DNA of 64,000 bases from Octopus vulgaris (taxonomy: Eukaryota), in assembly GCA_951406725.2 (NCBI GenBank), contig OX597840.1:23870001-23934000 (forward strand). The letters run 5' to 3'. Numbering within the stretch: the stretch's first letter is position 1; every line of letters begins with the position of its first letter. The notes under the pieces are model-generated. The model saw only the letters and a list, made by a program, of their open reading frames with translations. It did not search any database and was not told the DNA's origin. Below are positions 1 to 15,948 of this stretch, piece by piece. The translations under genes and the position numbers were made by a program.

Positions 1-3000
1 TTTATATATATGTATATAAATATATACAAATTATATATATAATTATATATAATTTGTATATATTTATATACAAATATATAATTTGTATAGGTTTATATAC
101 GAATATATAATTTGTATACGTTTATATACATATATATAATTTGTATACATATATATAATTTGTATATATTTGTATACATATATATATAATTTGTATATAT
201 TTGTATATACAGATATATAATTTGTCTACCTATATATAATTTGTATATATTTGTATACATATATATAATTTGTATATATTTGTGTACATATATATAATTT
301 GAATATATATTTATATACATATATATATTTGTATATATTTATATACATATATATAATTTGTATATATTCATATACATATATATAATTTGTATATATTCCT
401 ATACACATATATAAGTTGTATATATTCATATACAAATATATAATTTGTATATATTTATATACATATATATAATTTGTATATATTTATATATATGTATATA
501 AATGTATACAAATTATATATATATAATTATATATAATTTGTATACATTTATATACAAATATATAATTTGTATACGTTTATATACAAATATATAATTTGTA
601 TACGTTTATATACATATATATATATAATTTGTATACATATATATAATTTGTATATATTTGTATACGGATATATAATGTGTATATATTTGTATACAGATAT
701 ATAATTTGTATATATTTGTATACAGATATATAATTTGTATATATTTATATTCATATATATAATTTGTATATATTTATATGCATATATATAATTTGTATAT
801 ATTCATATGCATATATATAATTTGTATATATTTATATACATATATATAATTTGTATATATTTGTATGCATATATATAATTTGTATATATCTATGTGCATA
901 CATATAATTTGTATATATTCATATGCATATGTATAATTTGTATATATTCATATGCATATATATAATTTGTATATATTCATATGCATGTATGTAAATTGTA
1001 GATATTCATATGCATGTATATAATTTGTAGATATTCATATGCATGTATATAATTTGTATATATTCATATACATATATATAATTTGTATATATTCATATAC
1101 ATATATATAATTTGTATATCTTCATATACATATATATAATTTGTATATCTTCATATACATATATATAATTTGTATATATTCATATACATATATGTAATTT
1201 GTATATCTTCATATACATATATATAATTTGTATATATTCATATACATTTATGTAATTTGTATATATACATATACATATATGTCATTTGTATATCTTCATA
1301 TTCATATATCTAATTTGTATATCTTCATATACATATATATAATTTGTATATATTCATATACATATATATAATTTGTATATATTCATATACATATATATAA
1401 TTTGTATATCTTCATATGCATATATATAATTTGTAGATATTCATATGCATTATATAACTTGTATATATTCATATACATATATAATTTGTATATATTCATA
1501 TACATATATATAATTTGTATATATTCATATACATATATATAATTTGTATATATTCATATACATATATATAATTTGTATATATTCATATACATATATATAA
1601 TTTGTATATATTCATATACATATATATAATTTGTATATATTCATATATATATATATAATTTGTATATCTTCATATACATACATATAATGTGTATATCTTC
1701 ATATACATAATTTGTATATCTTCATATACATATATATAATTTGTATATATTCATATATATATATATATATAATTTGTTCATATTCATATACATATATATA
1801 ATTTAGATATATTCATATACACATATATAATTTGTATATCTTCATATACATATATATAATTTGTATACATTTATTTACATATATATAATTTGTATATCTT
1901 CATATACATATATGTAATTTGTATATATTCATATACATATATGTAATTTGTATATCTTCATATACATATATGTAATTTGTATATCTTCATATACATATAT
2001 TTAAATTGGATATCTTCATATACATATATGTAATTTGTATATCTTCATATACATATAAATAATTTTTATATATTCATATACATATAATAATTTGTATATA
2101 TTCATATACATATATATAATTTGTATATATTCATATACATATATATAATTTGTATACATTTATTTACATATATATAATTTGTATATCTTTATATACATAT
2201 ATATAATTTGTATACATTTATATACATATATATAATTTGTATACATATATATAATTTGTATATATCTGTATACATATATATAATTTGTATATATTTGTAT
2301 ACATATATATAATTTGTATATATTTGTGTACATATATATAATTTGAATATATATTTATATACATATATATATTTGTATATATTCATATACATATATATAA
2401 TTTGTATATATTCATATACATATATATAAGTTGTATATATTCATATACATATATATAATTGTATATATTCATATACATATATATATTTATATACATTATA
2501 TAACTTGTATATATTCATATACATATATATAATTTGTATATATTCATATACATATATATATTTTATATATTCATATACATATATATATTGTATATATTCA
2601 TTTACATATATATAAGTTGGATATTTTCATATACATATATATAATTTGTATATATTCATATACAAATATATAATTTGTATATATTCATATACAAATATAT
2701 AATTTGTATAAATTCATATACATATATATAATTTGTATATATTTATATATATGTATATAAATATATACAAATTATATATATAATTATATATAATTTGTAT
2801 ATATTTATATACAAATATATAATTTGTATAGGTTTATATATGAATATATAATTTGTATACGTTTATATACATATATATAATTTGTATACATATATATAAT
2901 TTGTATATATTTGTATACAGATATATAATTTGTATACATATATATAATTTGTATATATTTGTATACATATATATAATTTGTATATATTCATATACATATA

Positions 3001-6000
3001 TATAATTTGTATATATTTATATACATATATATAATTTGTATATATTTATATACATATATATAATTTGTATATATTCATATACATATATATAATTTGCATA
3101 TATTCATATACAAATATATAATTTGTATATATTCATATACAAATATATAATTTGTATATATTCATATACAAATATATAATTTGTATATATTTATATACTT
3201 ATATATAATTTGTATATATTTATATACATATATATAATTTGTATATATTTATATATATGTATATAAATTTGTATACAAATTATATATATATAATTATATA
3301 TAATTTGTATACGTTTATATACAAATATATAATTTGTATACGTTTATATACAAATATATAATTTGTATACGTTTATATACATATATATATATAATTTGTA
3401 TACATATATATAATTTGTATATATGTGTATACGGATATATAATGTGTATATATTTGTATACAGATATATAATTTGTATATATTTGTATACAGATATATAA
3501 TTTGTATATATTTATATTCATATATATAATTTGTATATATTTATATGCATATATATAATTTGTATATATTGATATGCATATATATAATTTGTATATATTT
3601 ATATACATATATATAATTTGTATATATTTGTATGCATATATATAATTTGTATATATCTATGTGCATACATATAATTTGTATATATTCATATGCATATGTA
3701 TAATTTGTATATATTCATATGCATATATATAATTTGTATATATTCATATGCATGTATGTAAATTGTAGATATTCATATGCATGTATATAATTTGTAGATA
3801 TTCATATGCATGTATATAATTTGTATATATTCATATACATATATATAATTTGTATATATTCATATACATATAAGTAATTTGTATAACTTCATATACATAT
3901 ATGTAATTTGTATATCTTCATATACATATATATAATTTGTATATATTCATATACATTTATGTAATTTGTATATATACATATACATATATGTCATTTGTAT
4001 ATCTTCATATTCATATATCTAATTTGTATATATTCATATACATATATGTAACTTGTATATCTTCATATACATATATGTAATTTGTATATCTTCATATACA
4101 TATGTTTGATTTGGATATCTTCATATACATCTATGTAATTTGTATATATTCATATACATATATATAACTTGTATATATTCATATACATATATATAATTTG
4201 TAGATATTCATATGCATGTATATAATTTGTATATATTCATATACATATATATAATTTGTATATATTCATATATATATATATTTTGTATATATACATATAC
4301 ATATATTTAATTTGTATATCTTCATATACATATATATAATTTGTATATCTTCATATACATATATATAATTTGTATATCTTCATATACATATATATAATTT
4401 GTATATCTTCATATACATATAAATAATTTGTATATCTTCATATACGTATATATAATTTGTATATCTTCATATACATACATATAATGTGTATATCTTCATA
4501 TACATATATATAATTTGTATATCTTCATATACATATATATAATTTGTATATATTCATATACATATATATATAATTTGTTCATATTCATATACATATATAT
4601 AATTTAGATATATTCATATACACATATATAATTTGTATATCTTCATATACTTATATATTGAAATTTGTATATCTTTATATACATATATGTAATTTGTATA
4701 TATTCATATACATATATGTAATTTGTATATATTCATATACATATATGTAATTTGTATATCTTCATATACATATATGTAAGTTGTATATCTTCATATACAT
4801 ATATATAATTTGTATATATTCATATACATTTATGTAATTTGTATATATACATATATGTCATTTGTATATATTCATATGCATATATGTAATTTGTATATAT
4901 ACATATACATATATATAATTTGTATATATACATATACATATATATAATTTGTATATATTCATATACATATATATAATTTGTATATATTCATATACATATA
5001 TATAATTTGTATATATTCATATACATATATATAATTTGTATATATTCATATACATATATATAATTTGTATATATTCATATACATATATATAATTTGTATA
5101 TATTCATATACATATATATAATTTGTATATATTCATATACATATATATAATTTGTATATATTCATATACATATATATAATTTGTATATATTCATATACAT
5201 ATATATAATTTGTATATATTCATATATACATATATATAATTTGTATATATTCATATACATATATATAATTTGTATATATTCATATACATATATATAATTT
5301 GTATATATTCATATACATATATATATAATTTGTATATATTCATATACATATATATAATTTGTATATATTCATATACATATATATAATTTGTATATATTCA
5401 TATACATATATATAATTTGTATATATTCATATACATATATATAATTTGTATATATTCATATACATATATATAATTTGTATATATTCATATACATATATAT
5501 AATTTGTATATATTCATATACATATATATAATTTGTATATATTCATATACATATATATAATTTGTATATATTCATATACATATATATATAACCTGTAAGT
5601 ATATATTCATATACATATATATATAACCTGTAAGTATATATTCATATACATATATATAATTTGTATATATTCATATACATATATATAATTTGTATATATT
5701 CATATACATATATATAATTTGTATATATTCATATACATATATATAAATTGTATATATTCACATACATATATATAACTTGTATATATTCACATACATATAT
5801 ATAACTTGTATATATTCACATACATATATATAACTTGTATATATTCACATACATATATATAACTTGTATATATTCACATACATATATATAAATTGTATAT
5901 ATTCACATACATATATATAACTTGTATATATTCATATACATATATATAATTTGTATATATTCATACACATATATATAATTTGTATATATTCATATACATA

Positions 6001-7805
6001 TATATAATTTGTATATATTCATATACATATATATAATTTATATATATTTATATACAAATATATAAATTGTATATATTTATATACATATATATAATTTGTA
6101 TATATTTATATACATATATATAATTTGTATAAATTTATATATATGTATATAAATATATACTAATTATATCTATATTTATATATATTTTGTATATATTTAT
6201 ATCGAAATATACAATTTGTATACGTTTATATACGTATTTATAATTTGTATACGTTTATATACATATATATAATTTGTATAAATTTATATACATATATATA
6301 TAATTTGTATACATTTATATACATATATATAATTTGTATACATTCATATACATATATATAATTTGTATATATATACATATATATAATTTGTATATATATA
6401 TAATTTGTATATATATACATATATATTCATATCATTATATATTGTATATATTCATATACATATATGTAACTTGTATATATTCATATACATATATGTAATT
6501 TGTTTATATTCATATACATATATGTAATTTGTATATCTTCATATACATATATGTAATTTGTATATCTTCATATACTTATACATAATTTGTAAATATTCAT
6601 ATACATTTATGTAATTTGTATATATTCATATACATATATATAATTTGTATATATTCATATACATATATATAATTTTGTATATATTTATATATATGTATAT
6701 AAATATATACAAATTATATATATAATTATATATATTTTGTATATATATATATACAAATATATAATTTGTATACGTTTATATGCATATATATAAGTTGTGT
6801 ACGTTTATATACATGTATATAATTTGTATACGTTTATATACATATATATAATTTGTATACGTTTATATACATATATATAATTTGTATACGTTTATATACA
6901 TATATATAATTTGTATACGTTTATATACATATATATAATTTGTATACGTTTATATACATATATATAATTTGTATACGTTTATATACATATATATAAGTTG
7001 CATACATTTATATACATATATATAATTTGTATACGTTTATATACATATATATAATTTGTATACGTTTATATACATATATATAATTTGTATACGTTTATAT
7101 ACATATATATAAGTTGCATACATTTATATACATATATATAATTTGTATACGTTTATATACATATATATAATTTGTATACGTTTATATACATATATATAAT
7201 TTGTATACGTTTATATACATATATATAATTTGTATACGTTTATATACATATATATAATTTGTATATTTATATACATATATAATTGCATACATTTATATAC
7301 ATATATATAATTTGTATACGTTTATATACATATATATAATTTGTATACGTTTATATACATATATATAATTTGTATACTTATATATAATTTGTATATATTT
7401 GTATGCATATATATAATTTGTATATATTTACATGCATATATACGGTTTGTATATATTTACATACATATATGCGGTTTGTATATATTTACATACATATATG
7501 CAATTTGCATATATTTACATTCCTATATGCAATTTGCATGTATTTACATACCTATATGCAATATGCATGTATTTACATACCTATATGCAATATGCATGAA
7601 TTTACATACCTATATACAATTTGCACGTATATACATACCTATATACAATTTGCATATATTTACATACCTATATACAATTTGCACGTATATACATACCTAT
7701 ATACAATTTGCATATATTTACATACCTATATACAATTTGCATATATTTACATACCTATATACAATTTGCATATATTTACATACCTATATACAATTTGCAT
7801 ATATA
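1..7805. repeat. AT-rich 29-bp satellite (consensus TATATATTCATATACATATATATAATTTG) with sub-variants and a ~2.7-kb higher-order duplication
   Basis: Period 29 read directly at 4981-5570. The variant CAATTTGCATATATTTACATACCTATATA occurs at 7500-7800. Diagnostic variant blocks at 1, ~893 and ~1281 recur at 2742, ~3661 and ~3990. Confidence 0.95.
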
Positions 7806-8189
7806 CAATTGTCTATAAAGCATACAATGTAGAGAAAAAAAAGAAGATTTGAACACCTGGAGGAAAGCACCATCGAAAAGTGTCTTGGTGCGACTATGAA
7901 AGATATCCCCGCAGAAGTAGAGGTAGGCTGGATTGTAGTCACACTTCTACACCAGAGGTAGGACAAAATACAATTGGTCGAAATTGCAAGAGACGGACCT
8001 ACAATTCCAGTCTGTTATATATTTAGAGTATTGTTATCACTAGCGATATCAAGATATAACATTGTATTTTGTATTTTATGTGTAAATGTATATATATATA
8101 TATGTGTACATGTAATATGAACACATATATATACTCATATATACATTGACTAGCACTATGACCCGGCAACGACCGGGTCATAATGCTAG
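7806..8189 (+). mobile_element. 3' part of a non-autonomous Helitron, ending in hairpin + CTAG
   Basis: ATGACCCGG-caacga-CCGGGTCAT hairpin followed by CTAG|T at 8186-8190. Homologous (reverse complement) to 46375-46590 of the complete Helitron-like element. Confidence 0.8.
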
Positions 8190-8193
8190 TATA

Positions 8194-8324
8194 TCGATAT
8201 ATATGAAACTAAGAATGTGTATCTGTCTGTCTGTGTGAATCCCTATAACTTGAGAACTACACAACCAATTTCATTCAAATTTTACACACGCCTTGCTTAA
8301 GGGTCCAAGGAGTGTCAGGAGCAG
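8194..8324 (+). mobile_element. 5' end of a second, head-to-tail Helitron of the same family
   Basis: A|TC start at 8194, then GATATATATGAAACTAAGAATGTGTATCTGTCTGTCTG...CTTGAGAACTACACAACCAATTTCATTCAAATTTTACAC, matching the reverse complement of 46975-47086. Confidence 0.8.
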
Positions 8325-11260
8325 GGCTCTGGGCGCCATTGGGCTCACTGTCCACGGCTACGAGACAACGGTGAGGGCTATGGCGACCAGAGCTCGCTCT
8401 GGGCGCCATTGGGCTCACTGTCCACGGCTACGAGACAACGGTGAGGGCTATGGCGACCAGAGCTCGCTCTGGGCGCCATTGGGCTCACTGTCCACGGCTA
8501 CGAGACAACGGTGAGGGCTATGGCGACCAGAGCTCGCTCTGGGCGCCATTGGGCTCACTGTCCACGGCTACGAGACAACGGTGAGGGCTATGGCGACCAG
8601 AGCTCGCTCTGGGCGCCATTGGGCTCACTGTCCACGGCTACGAGACAACGGTGAGGGCTATGGCGACCAGAGCTCGCTCTGGGCGCCATTGGGCTCACTG
8701 TCCACGGCTACGAGACAACGGTGAGGGCTATGGCGACCAGAGCTCGCTCTGGGCGCCATTGGGCTCACTGTCCACGGCTACGAGACAACGGTGAGGGCTA
8801 TGGCGACCAGAGCTCGCTCTGGGCGCCATTGGGCTCACTGTCCACGGCTACGAGACAACGGTGAGGGCTATGGCGACCAGAGCTCGCTCTGGGCGCCATT
8901 GGGCTCACTGTCCACGGCTACGAGACAACGGTGAGGGCTATGGCGACCAGAGCTCGCTCTGGGCGCCATTGGGCTCACTGTCCACGGCTACGAGACAACG
9001 GTGAGGGCTATGGCGACCAGAGCTCGCTCTGGGCGCCATTGGGCTCACTGTCCACGGCTACGAGACAACGGTGAGGGCTATGGCGACCAGAGCTCGCTCT
9101 GGGCGCCATTGGGCTCACTGTCCACGGCTACGAGACAACGGTGAGGGCTATGGCGACCAGAGCTCGCTCTGGGCGCCATTGGGCTCACTGTCCACGGCTA
9201 CGAGACAACGGTGAGGGCTATGGCGACCAGAGCTCGCTCTGGGCGCCATTGGGCTCACTGTCCACGGCTACGAGACAACGGTGAGGGCTATGGCGACCAG
9301 AGCTCGCTCTGGGCGCCATTGGGCTCACTGTCCACGGCTACGAGACAACGGTGAGGGCTATGGCGACCAGAGCTCGCTCTGGGCGCCATTGGGCTCACTG
9401 TCCACGGCTACGAGACAACGGTGAGGGCTATGGCGACCAGAGCTCGCTCTGGGCGCCATTGGGCTCACTGTCCACGGCTACGAGACAACGGTGAGGGCTA
9501 TGGCGACCAGAGCTCGCTCTGGGCGCCATTGGGCTCACTGTCCACGGCTACGAGACAACGGTGAGGGCTATGGCGACCAGAGCTCGCTCTGGGCGCCATT
9601 GGGCTCACTGTCCACGGCTACGAGACAACGGTGAGGGCTATGGCGACCAGAGCTCGCTCTGGGCGCCATTGGGCTCACTGTCCACGGCTACGAGACAACG
9701 GTGAGGGCTATGGCGACCAGAGCTCGCTCTGGGCGCCATTGGGCTCACTGTCCACGGCTACGAGACAACGGTGAGGGCTATGGCGACCAGAGCTCGCTCT
9801 GGGCGCCATTGGGCTCACTGTCCACGGCTACGAGACAACGGTGAGGGCTATGGCGACCAGAGCTCTGCTCTGGGCGCCATTGGGCTCACTGTCCACGGCT
9901 ACGAGACAACGGTGAGGGCTATGGCGACCAGAGCTCGCTCTGGGCGCCATTGGGCTCACTGTCCACGGCTACGAGACAACGGTGAGGGCTATGGCGACCA
10001 GAGCTCGCTCTGGGCGCCATTGGGCTCACTGTCCACGGCTACGAGACAACGGTGAGGGCTATGGCGACCAGAGCTCGCTCTGGGCGCCATTGGGCTCACT
10101 GTCCACGGCTACGAGACAACGGTGAGGGCTATGGCGACCAGAGCTCGCTCTGGGCGCCATTGGGCTCACTGTCCACGGCTACGAGACAACGGTGAGGGCT
10201 ATGGCGACCAGAGCTCGCTCTGGGCGCCATTGGGCTCACTGTCCACGGCTACGAGACAACGGTGAGGGCTATGGCGACAGAGCTCGCTCTGGGCGCCATT
10301 GGGCTCACTGTCCACGGCTACGAGACAACGGTGAGGGCTATGGCGACCAGAGCTCGCTCTGGGCGCCATTGGGCTCACTGTCCACGGCTACGAGACAACG
10401 GTGAGGGCTATGGCGACCAGAGCTCGCTCTGGGCGCCATTGGGCTCACTGTCCACGGCTACGAGACAACGGTGAGGGCTATGGCGACCAGAGCTCGCTCT
10501 GGGCGCCATTGGGCTCACTGTCCACGGCTACGAGACAACGGTGAGGGCTATGGCGACCAGAGCTCGCTCTGGGCGCCATTGAAAAAGGCTCACTGTCCAC
10601 GGCTACGAGACAACGGTGAGGGCTATGGCGACCAGAGCTCGCTCTGGGCGCCATTGGGCTCACTGTCCACGGCTACGAGACAACGGTGAGGGCTATGGCG
10701 ACCAGAGCTCGCTCTGGGCGCCATTGGGCTCACTGTCCACGGCTACGAGACAACGGTGAGGGCTATGGCGACCAGAGCTCGCTCTGGGCGCCATTGGGCT
10801 CACTGTCCACGGCTACGAGACAACGGTGAGGGCTATGGCGACCAGAGCTCGCTCTGGGCGCCATTGGGCTCACTGTCCACGGCTACGAGACAACGGTGAG
10901 GGCTATGGCGACCAGAGCTCGCTCTGGGCGCCATTGGGCTCACTGTCCACGGCTACGAGACAACGGTGAGGGCTATGGCGACCAGAGCTCGCTCTGGGCG
11001 CCATTGGGCTCACTGTCCACGGCTACGAGACAACGGTGAGGGCTATGGCGACCAGAGCTCGCTCTGGGCGCCATTGGGCTCACTGTCCACGGCTACGAGA
11101 CAACGGTGAGGGCTATGGCGACCAGAGCTCGCTCTGGGCGCCATTGGGCTCACTGTCCACGGCTACGAGACAACGGTGAGGGCTATGGCGACCAGAGCTC
11201 GCTCTGGGCGCCATTGGGCTCACTGTCCACGGCTACGAGACAACGGTGAGGGCTATGGCG
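8325..11260. repeat. 70-bp GC-rich (45/70 GC, 6 CpG per unit) imperfect-palindromic satellite, ~42 near-identical copies
   Basis: Unit GGGCTCACTGTCCACGGCTACGAGACAACGGTGAGGGCTATGGCGACCAGAGCTCGCTCTGGGCGCCATT. Only rare indels (~9866, ~10278, ~10582). Confidence 0.97.
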
Positions 11261-12165
<905 letters not shown>

Positions 12166-12859
12166 TACATAGAGAACTATAGCATGAAGGCAGCATATAA
12201 GAAAAACAACTCTTCCCTAGTTGTTGGTAGTTTTACTTACTCCGCATTGCAACAAGATGTGTCTTCGTCAAAGCAACTGCTCCCCCGAAGCAAAGTAGAT
12301 AAAATTTGAGATATGTGGAACGTCAAAGCTGCTAACAAAATCAGGACAGTAAAAAGTTTCGGTAAGGGCTGTTTAACCCTGACGGGGTGACCGCTGGAGA
12401 AAGAAAGCTTTGTCAGGCGACAGACGGGAATGCATGAACGAAAAGAAATACATTTAGAAATAGATCTATAGTTATTGAGGACAGAATTTCTGTTAGAAAT
12501 AGAGAACTAGGAATATTGAATTATGCATAGAGCGCTGACTTACATTCGGGGCTTCCAATTTCTCTGTAAAATATAAGATAGTCGCAAAATCATCGCACAT
12601 GTCGCCATCGATTACAAATGCCGGTGGAAGATAAACGTTCCAGAGGACATTCTTGTTCTTTCGTTCGTACAAGGATCGTATTATGTTTCGGCTTAAAATA
12701 AATTATAGATATAAATATAATGTATAGAAATATATAAAAGCCAGAATAGAAAATAAACGTCTTAGGCATATAAAATGAGATAACATGAGATATCAAGGTG
12801 TAATAAACTTGAAACTTACTAGAATATCATAGATTATATATATCAAGTCATCCAGTCAG

Positions 12860-13977
12860 TTCTTATTATTGAGTAAACTTTCTCTTTCAACATACCCCAG
12901 AAAAAGAAATCAAGAGGAGAAAGGTCTGGTGAACGAGGGGACCATTCCATATGACCCATTCTTCCAATCTAGTGAGGAGGAAAAGTGTCATTAAATCAAT
13001 CTCTAACAGTTGTGGCAAAATGGGTAGGGGCCCCATCCTGCTGAAACCAATTCGGAAGGCCCTCGCCTAGGCGCTCAATTTAAGATATTAATTTGTCTCT
13101 CAATATATTTGCATAAGTCTCATCCGTTACATGTTAAATGAAGAAGGGTCCTAGAACATGAGCTTTCCAAAAACCACACCACACCACACCACACCATCAT
13201 CTTTTTGCTGTCTTGCTGTTTGGATAGATCCATCCAATGTGGATTACCTCGAGACCAGTATAGAAGATTCTGTCTGTTGACCTCACCATTTACATAAAAC
13301 GTAGCTTTGTCACTGAACAACAAAGTTTTTCGTAAAATTGATATTTTCATCCAATTTATCAGAAAACCATTCGCACGTCTACATTCGTCTATCAGGATCG
13401 TCTTCATTTAAGTGATGCAATATCTGTAGGTTGTATCGATGAAACTTTTCCTCAACCAGCATTTTGTGGATGGTTGGTTTTGGAACACCTAACACCGTAG
13501 ATGTCCGACGAAGTGATTTTTGGGGCTAGCTAGCAGAAACTTTAGCCTCGACAGCCTCTTTAGTTTCATCTGAAGTCTTTGGTCGCCCGGAACGGGGTTT
13601 ATTCGTAACACTGCCTGTTTCTTTAAATTTCTTGATCAATTTCCTGACGGCAGTAAAATAAATAGGTTGCCTACAAGGGTGTGGAAGATTAAATTCTTCC
13701 GCAATTTTGCGATAAGACCATCCCTCTCGTCCACTTAATAATACTAACTCGATTCTTTCTTCTTTAGACAGATTCATCATTCGATCTGGGATTCTTTCTT
13801 CTTTAGACAGAGCCATCATTCGATCATCTGTAGAAAAAATAACAAATAAATTTAGAAAAGTAAAGTATTTTTTTTTTATTTAATTTAAACAAAAGTAAAA
13901 AGGAAAATTATTATTTCTTATATTTATTTGTTTATGTTATGATTTTATTCCATAAACCCAGACTTCGTGGACACCCT
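12860..13977 (-). mobile_element. Degenerate Tc1/mariner-superfamily transposon (AGGGTGTCC-type terminus)
   Basis: Minus-strand fragments KFKETGSVTNKPRSGRPKT, FSDKATFYVNGEVNRQNLLYWS, MVWCG and an FQQDG-like motif near 13030-13048. Terminus reverse complement AGGGTGTCCACGAAGTCTGG at 13958-13977. Frameshifted, other end missing. Confidence 0.8.
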
Positions 13978-13984
13978 AAAATTG

Positions 13985-15075
13985 CTTTGATTAAAACCCT
14001 TTCAACATGGAAGTATCCAAGGAGCATTTAAGGCACATATAATTCTTTATGAGTATAATAAAGGTAACTCTGCTGCCGAAGTGACTCGAAACATACACTC
14101 AGTTTATGGCAAAGTGCTCGAATGAAAGAACTTGCAGGAGATCGTCTGCAAAATTGAAGATGAATATTGAACAGGATGTCCAGTTGAGTTTGACAAGCTC
14201 CTTGAGGCATTACTTGAAGAAAATCCGTCATTATCAGTTGAAGAATTGACAATAAAGCTTACTTCAAACCATACAACAGTTCATCGTCATCAACAACGTG
14301 GAAAGGTTCCTAAACTTGGAAAATAGGTGCCTTATGTATTGTCCGAAAGCAACCGCAAATCCCGAGTTGGCATCTGCTCTTCTCTCCATTCTCGCAAACT
14401 CATTTCACCCTTTTTCGATAGACTTGAGATGAAAAATGGATTTTCTATCGAAATGTTAGACGTCGTAAACAGTGGTTTGGTAAAAGGGAAAATTCTCAAC
14501 CACAACCGAGAAGGGAACTTCATGGGAAAAAGGTTCTACTCTCTATCTGGTGCGATTGCAAAGGCGTAATTCACTTTATATTGTTACCACCTAATGCAAC
14601 AATCAATGCTCAAGTCTACTGTCAGCAATTAGAGCGTTTGAACCAAGCTTTGAAGGAAAAAAAGAGCCGCTTTAGTGAGTCGAAAACGAGTGATGTTTCA
14701 TCAGGACAATGCGCAACCCCACACTGCAAAGATCACATCACAGAAGATCGAAGGGGTCGGTTTGGAAAAGTTTCTTCATCCAACTTATTCTCCCGACCTT
14801 ACTCCTTCAGGATACCATTTGTTTCATAGTTTACAGAATTAGTAGGGGGATACACTTTCGCAAGCCAGGGGGAGGTCGAACCTGACATTTCAGAGTTCTT
14901 CGCTTTCAAACCAAAAGAGTTTTACGTTGATGGGATTAAAAAGCTTGTAAATAGATGGAGGTAAGTCATAGATAATTAGGGAAAGTACATTGATGATTAA
15001 CTTTCAATTAAATATAACATTTGATCACTTGTATTCTTTATCCAAAATTCAGACAGAACTTATGGGATGACCTGA
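13985..15075 (+). mobile_element. Degenerate mariner (DD34D-type) transposon
   Basis: ATG at 14007 (MEVSKEHLRHI), LPPNATINAQVYCQQLERLNQAL, HQDNA and YSPDLTPSGYHLF motifs. TIR-like end GAACTTATGGGATGACCTGA. Multiple stops and frameshifts. Confidence 0.85.
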
Positions 15076-15475
15076 GATATATACACTGGCGAAAATATAT
15101 TTAAGACAGACGATAACAGTTCTATTTCTTACAAAATATTTTGTTACTAACACCATACAAATTATTTTTTATCTTTTACACCTTATGCAAAATTTATTTC
15201 GCTTTCGAATGATGCAGACAATAACCATTTTTATACTACCTGAAGAATTCTAATGCTAAATATAATTTTAATGGAGATAACCTGCAGTATATAGTACAAC
15301 ATTTTTGTCTCCGTATATGAGCTAAGTATTAATAAAATGTGGTATACGATAAAAATTTCGGATATTTGTCTTAAAACATTCAGACAAGAAAATTCAGATG
15401 TAGCACATGAGGTATTATTCCATACGAATATCCACATATTTATATTAAGAATTTCATGATAAAAATATAGAAATA

Positions 15476-15948
15476 TTGGGTTGTCCGGAAAGTTCTTGCA
15501 GATTTATAGTAGCTTATCTTTCGACTTATTTTAGAACATGTTTGAGTCCATAAAATACACCTCCATTTGGAGCACAGTTTAATCTATCTTTTCGTGGAAG
15601 AAGGTTTATGTTCCAATAACCTGTGTTAATCCTGTAACCCTTTAAATTAAAAGATGAGAAAAATTCATTATCGGCATTTGATGCTTTGGGAACCAGACAA
15701 AAATTGCTGCAGCTTGGCTGGGGTGACTTACCCCACCCTCCATATTCACCAGATATTACTCCTTCGGATTTCCACTTATTCAGGTCTCTGCAGAATAGTC
15801 TTAATGGTGAAAATTTCAATTCCTTAGATGACGTAAAAAAGATACCTTGATGAATTATTTGCCTTGAAACCACCCCAATTCTGGGAAGAGTATTTAGTGA
15901 CCATGTACTTTCCTTTAAAAATCGGAACGAACTTTCCGGACAACCCAA
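15476..15948 (+). mobile_element. Internally deleted mariner (MITE-like) with intact TIRs and TA TSD
   Basis: TA|TTGGGTTGTCCGGAAAGTTC ... GAACTTTCCGGACAACCCAA|TA. Internal remnant HPPYSPDITPSDFHLFRSLQNSLNG. Confidence 0.9.

Noticed and set aside
93-7852. Tyr/Ile-rich ORFs (MYINIYKLYIC...)
   Set aside because: Translations of the 29-bp AT satellite.
8325-11260. CRISPR-like array (palindromic repeats)
   Set aside because: The linkers are identical rather than unique spacers, there are no cas genes, and the context is eukaryotic.
12860-15075. Active or domesticated transposase genes
   Set aside because: Many stops and frameshifts, and missing termini.
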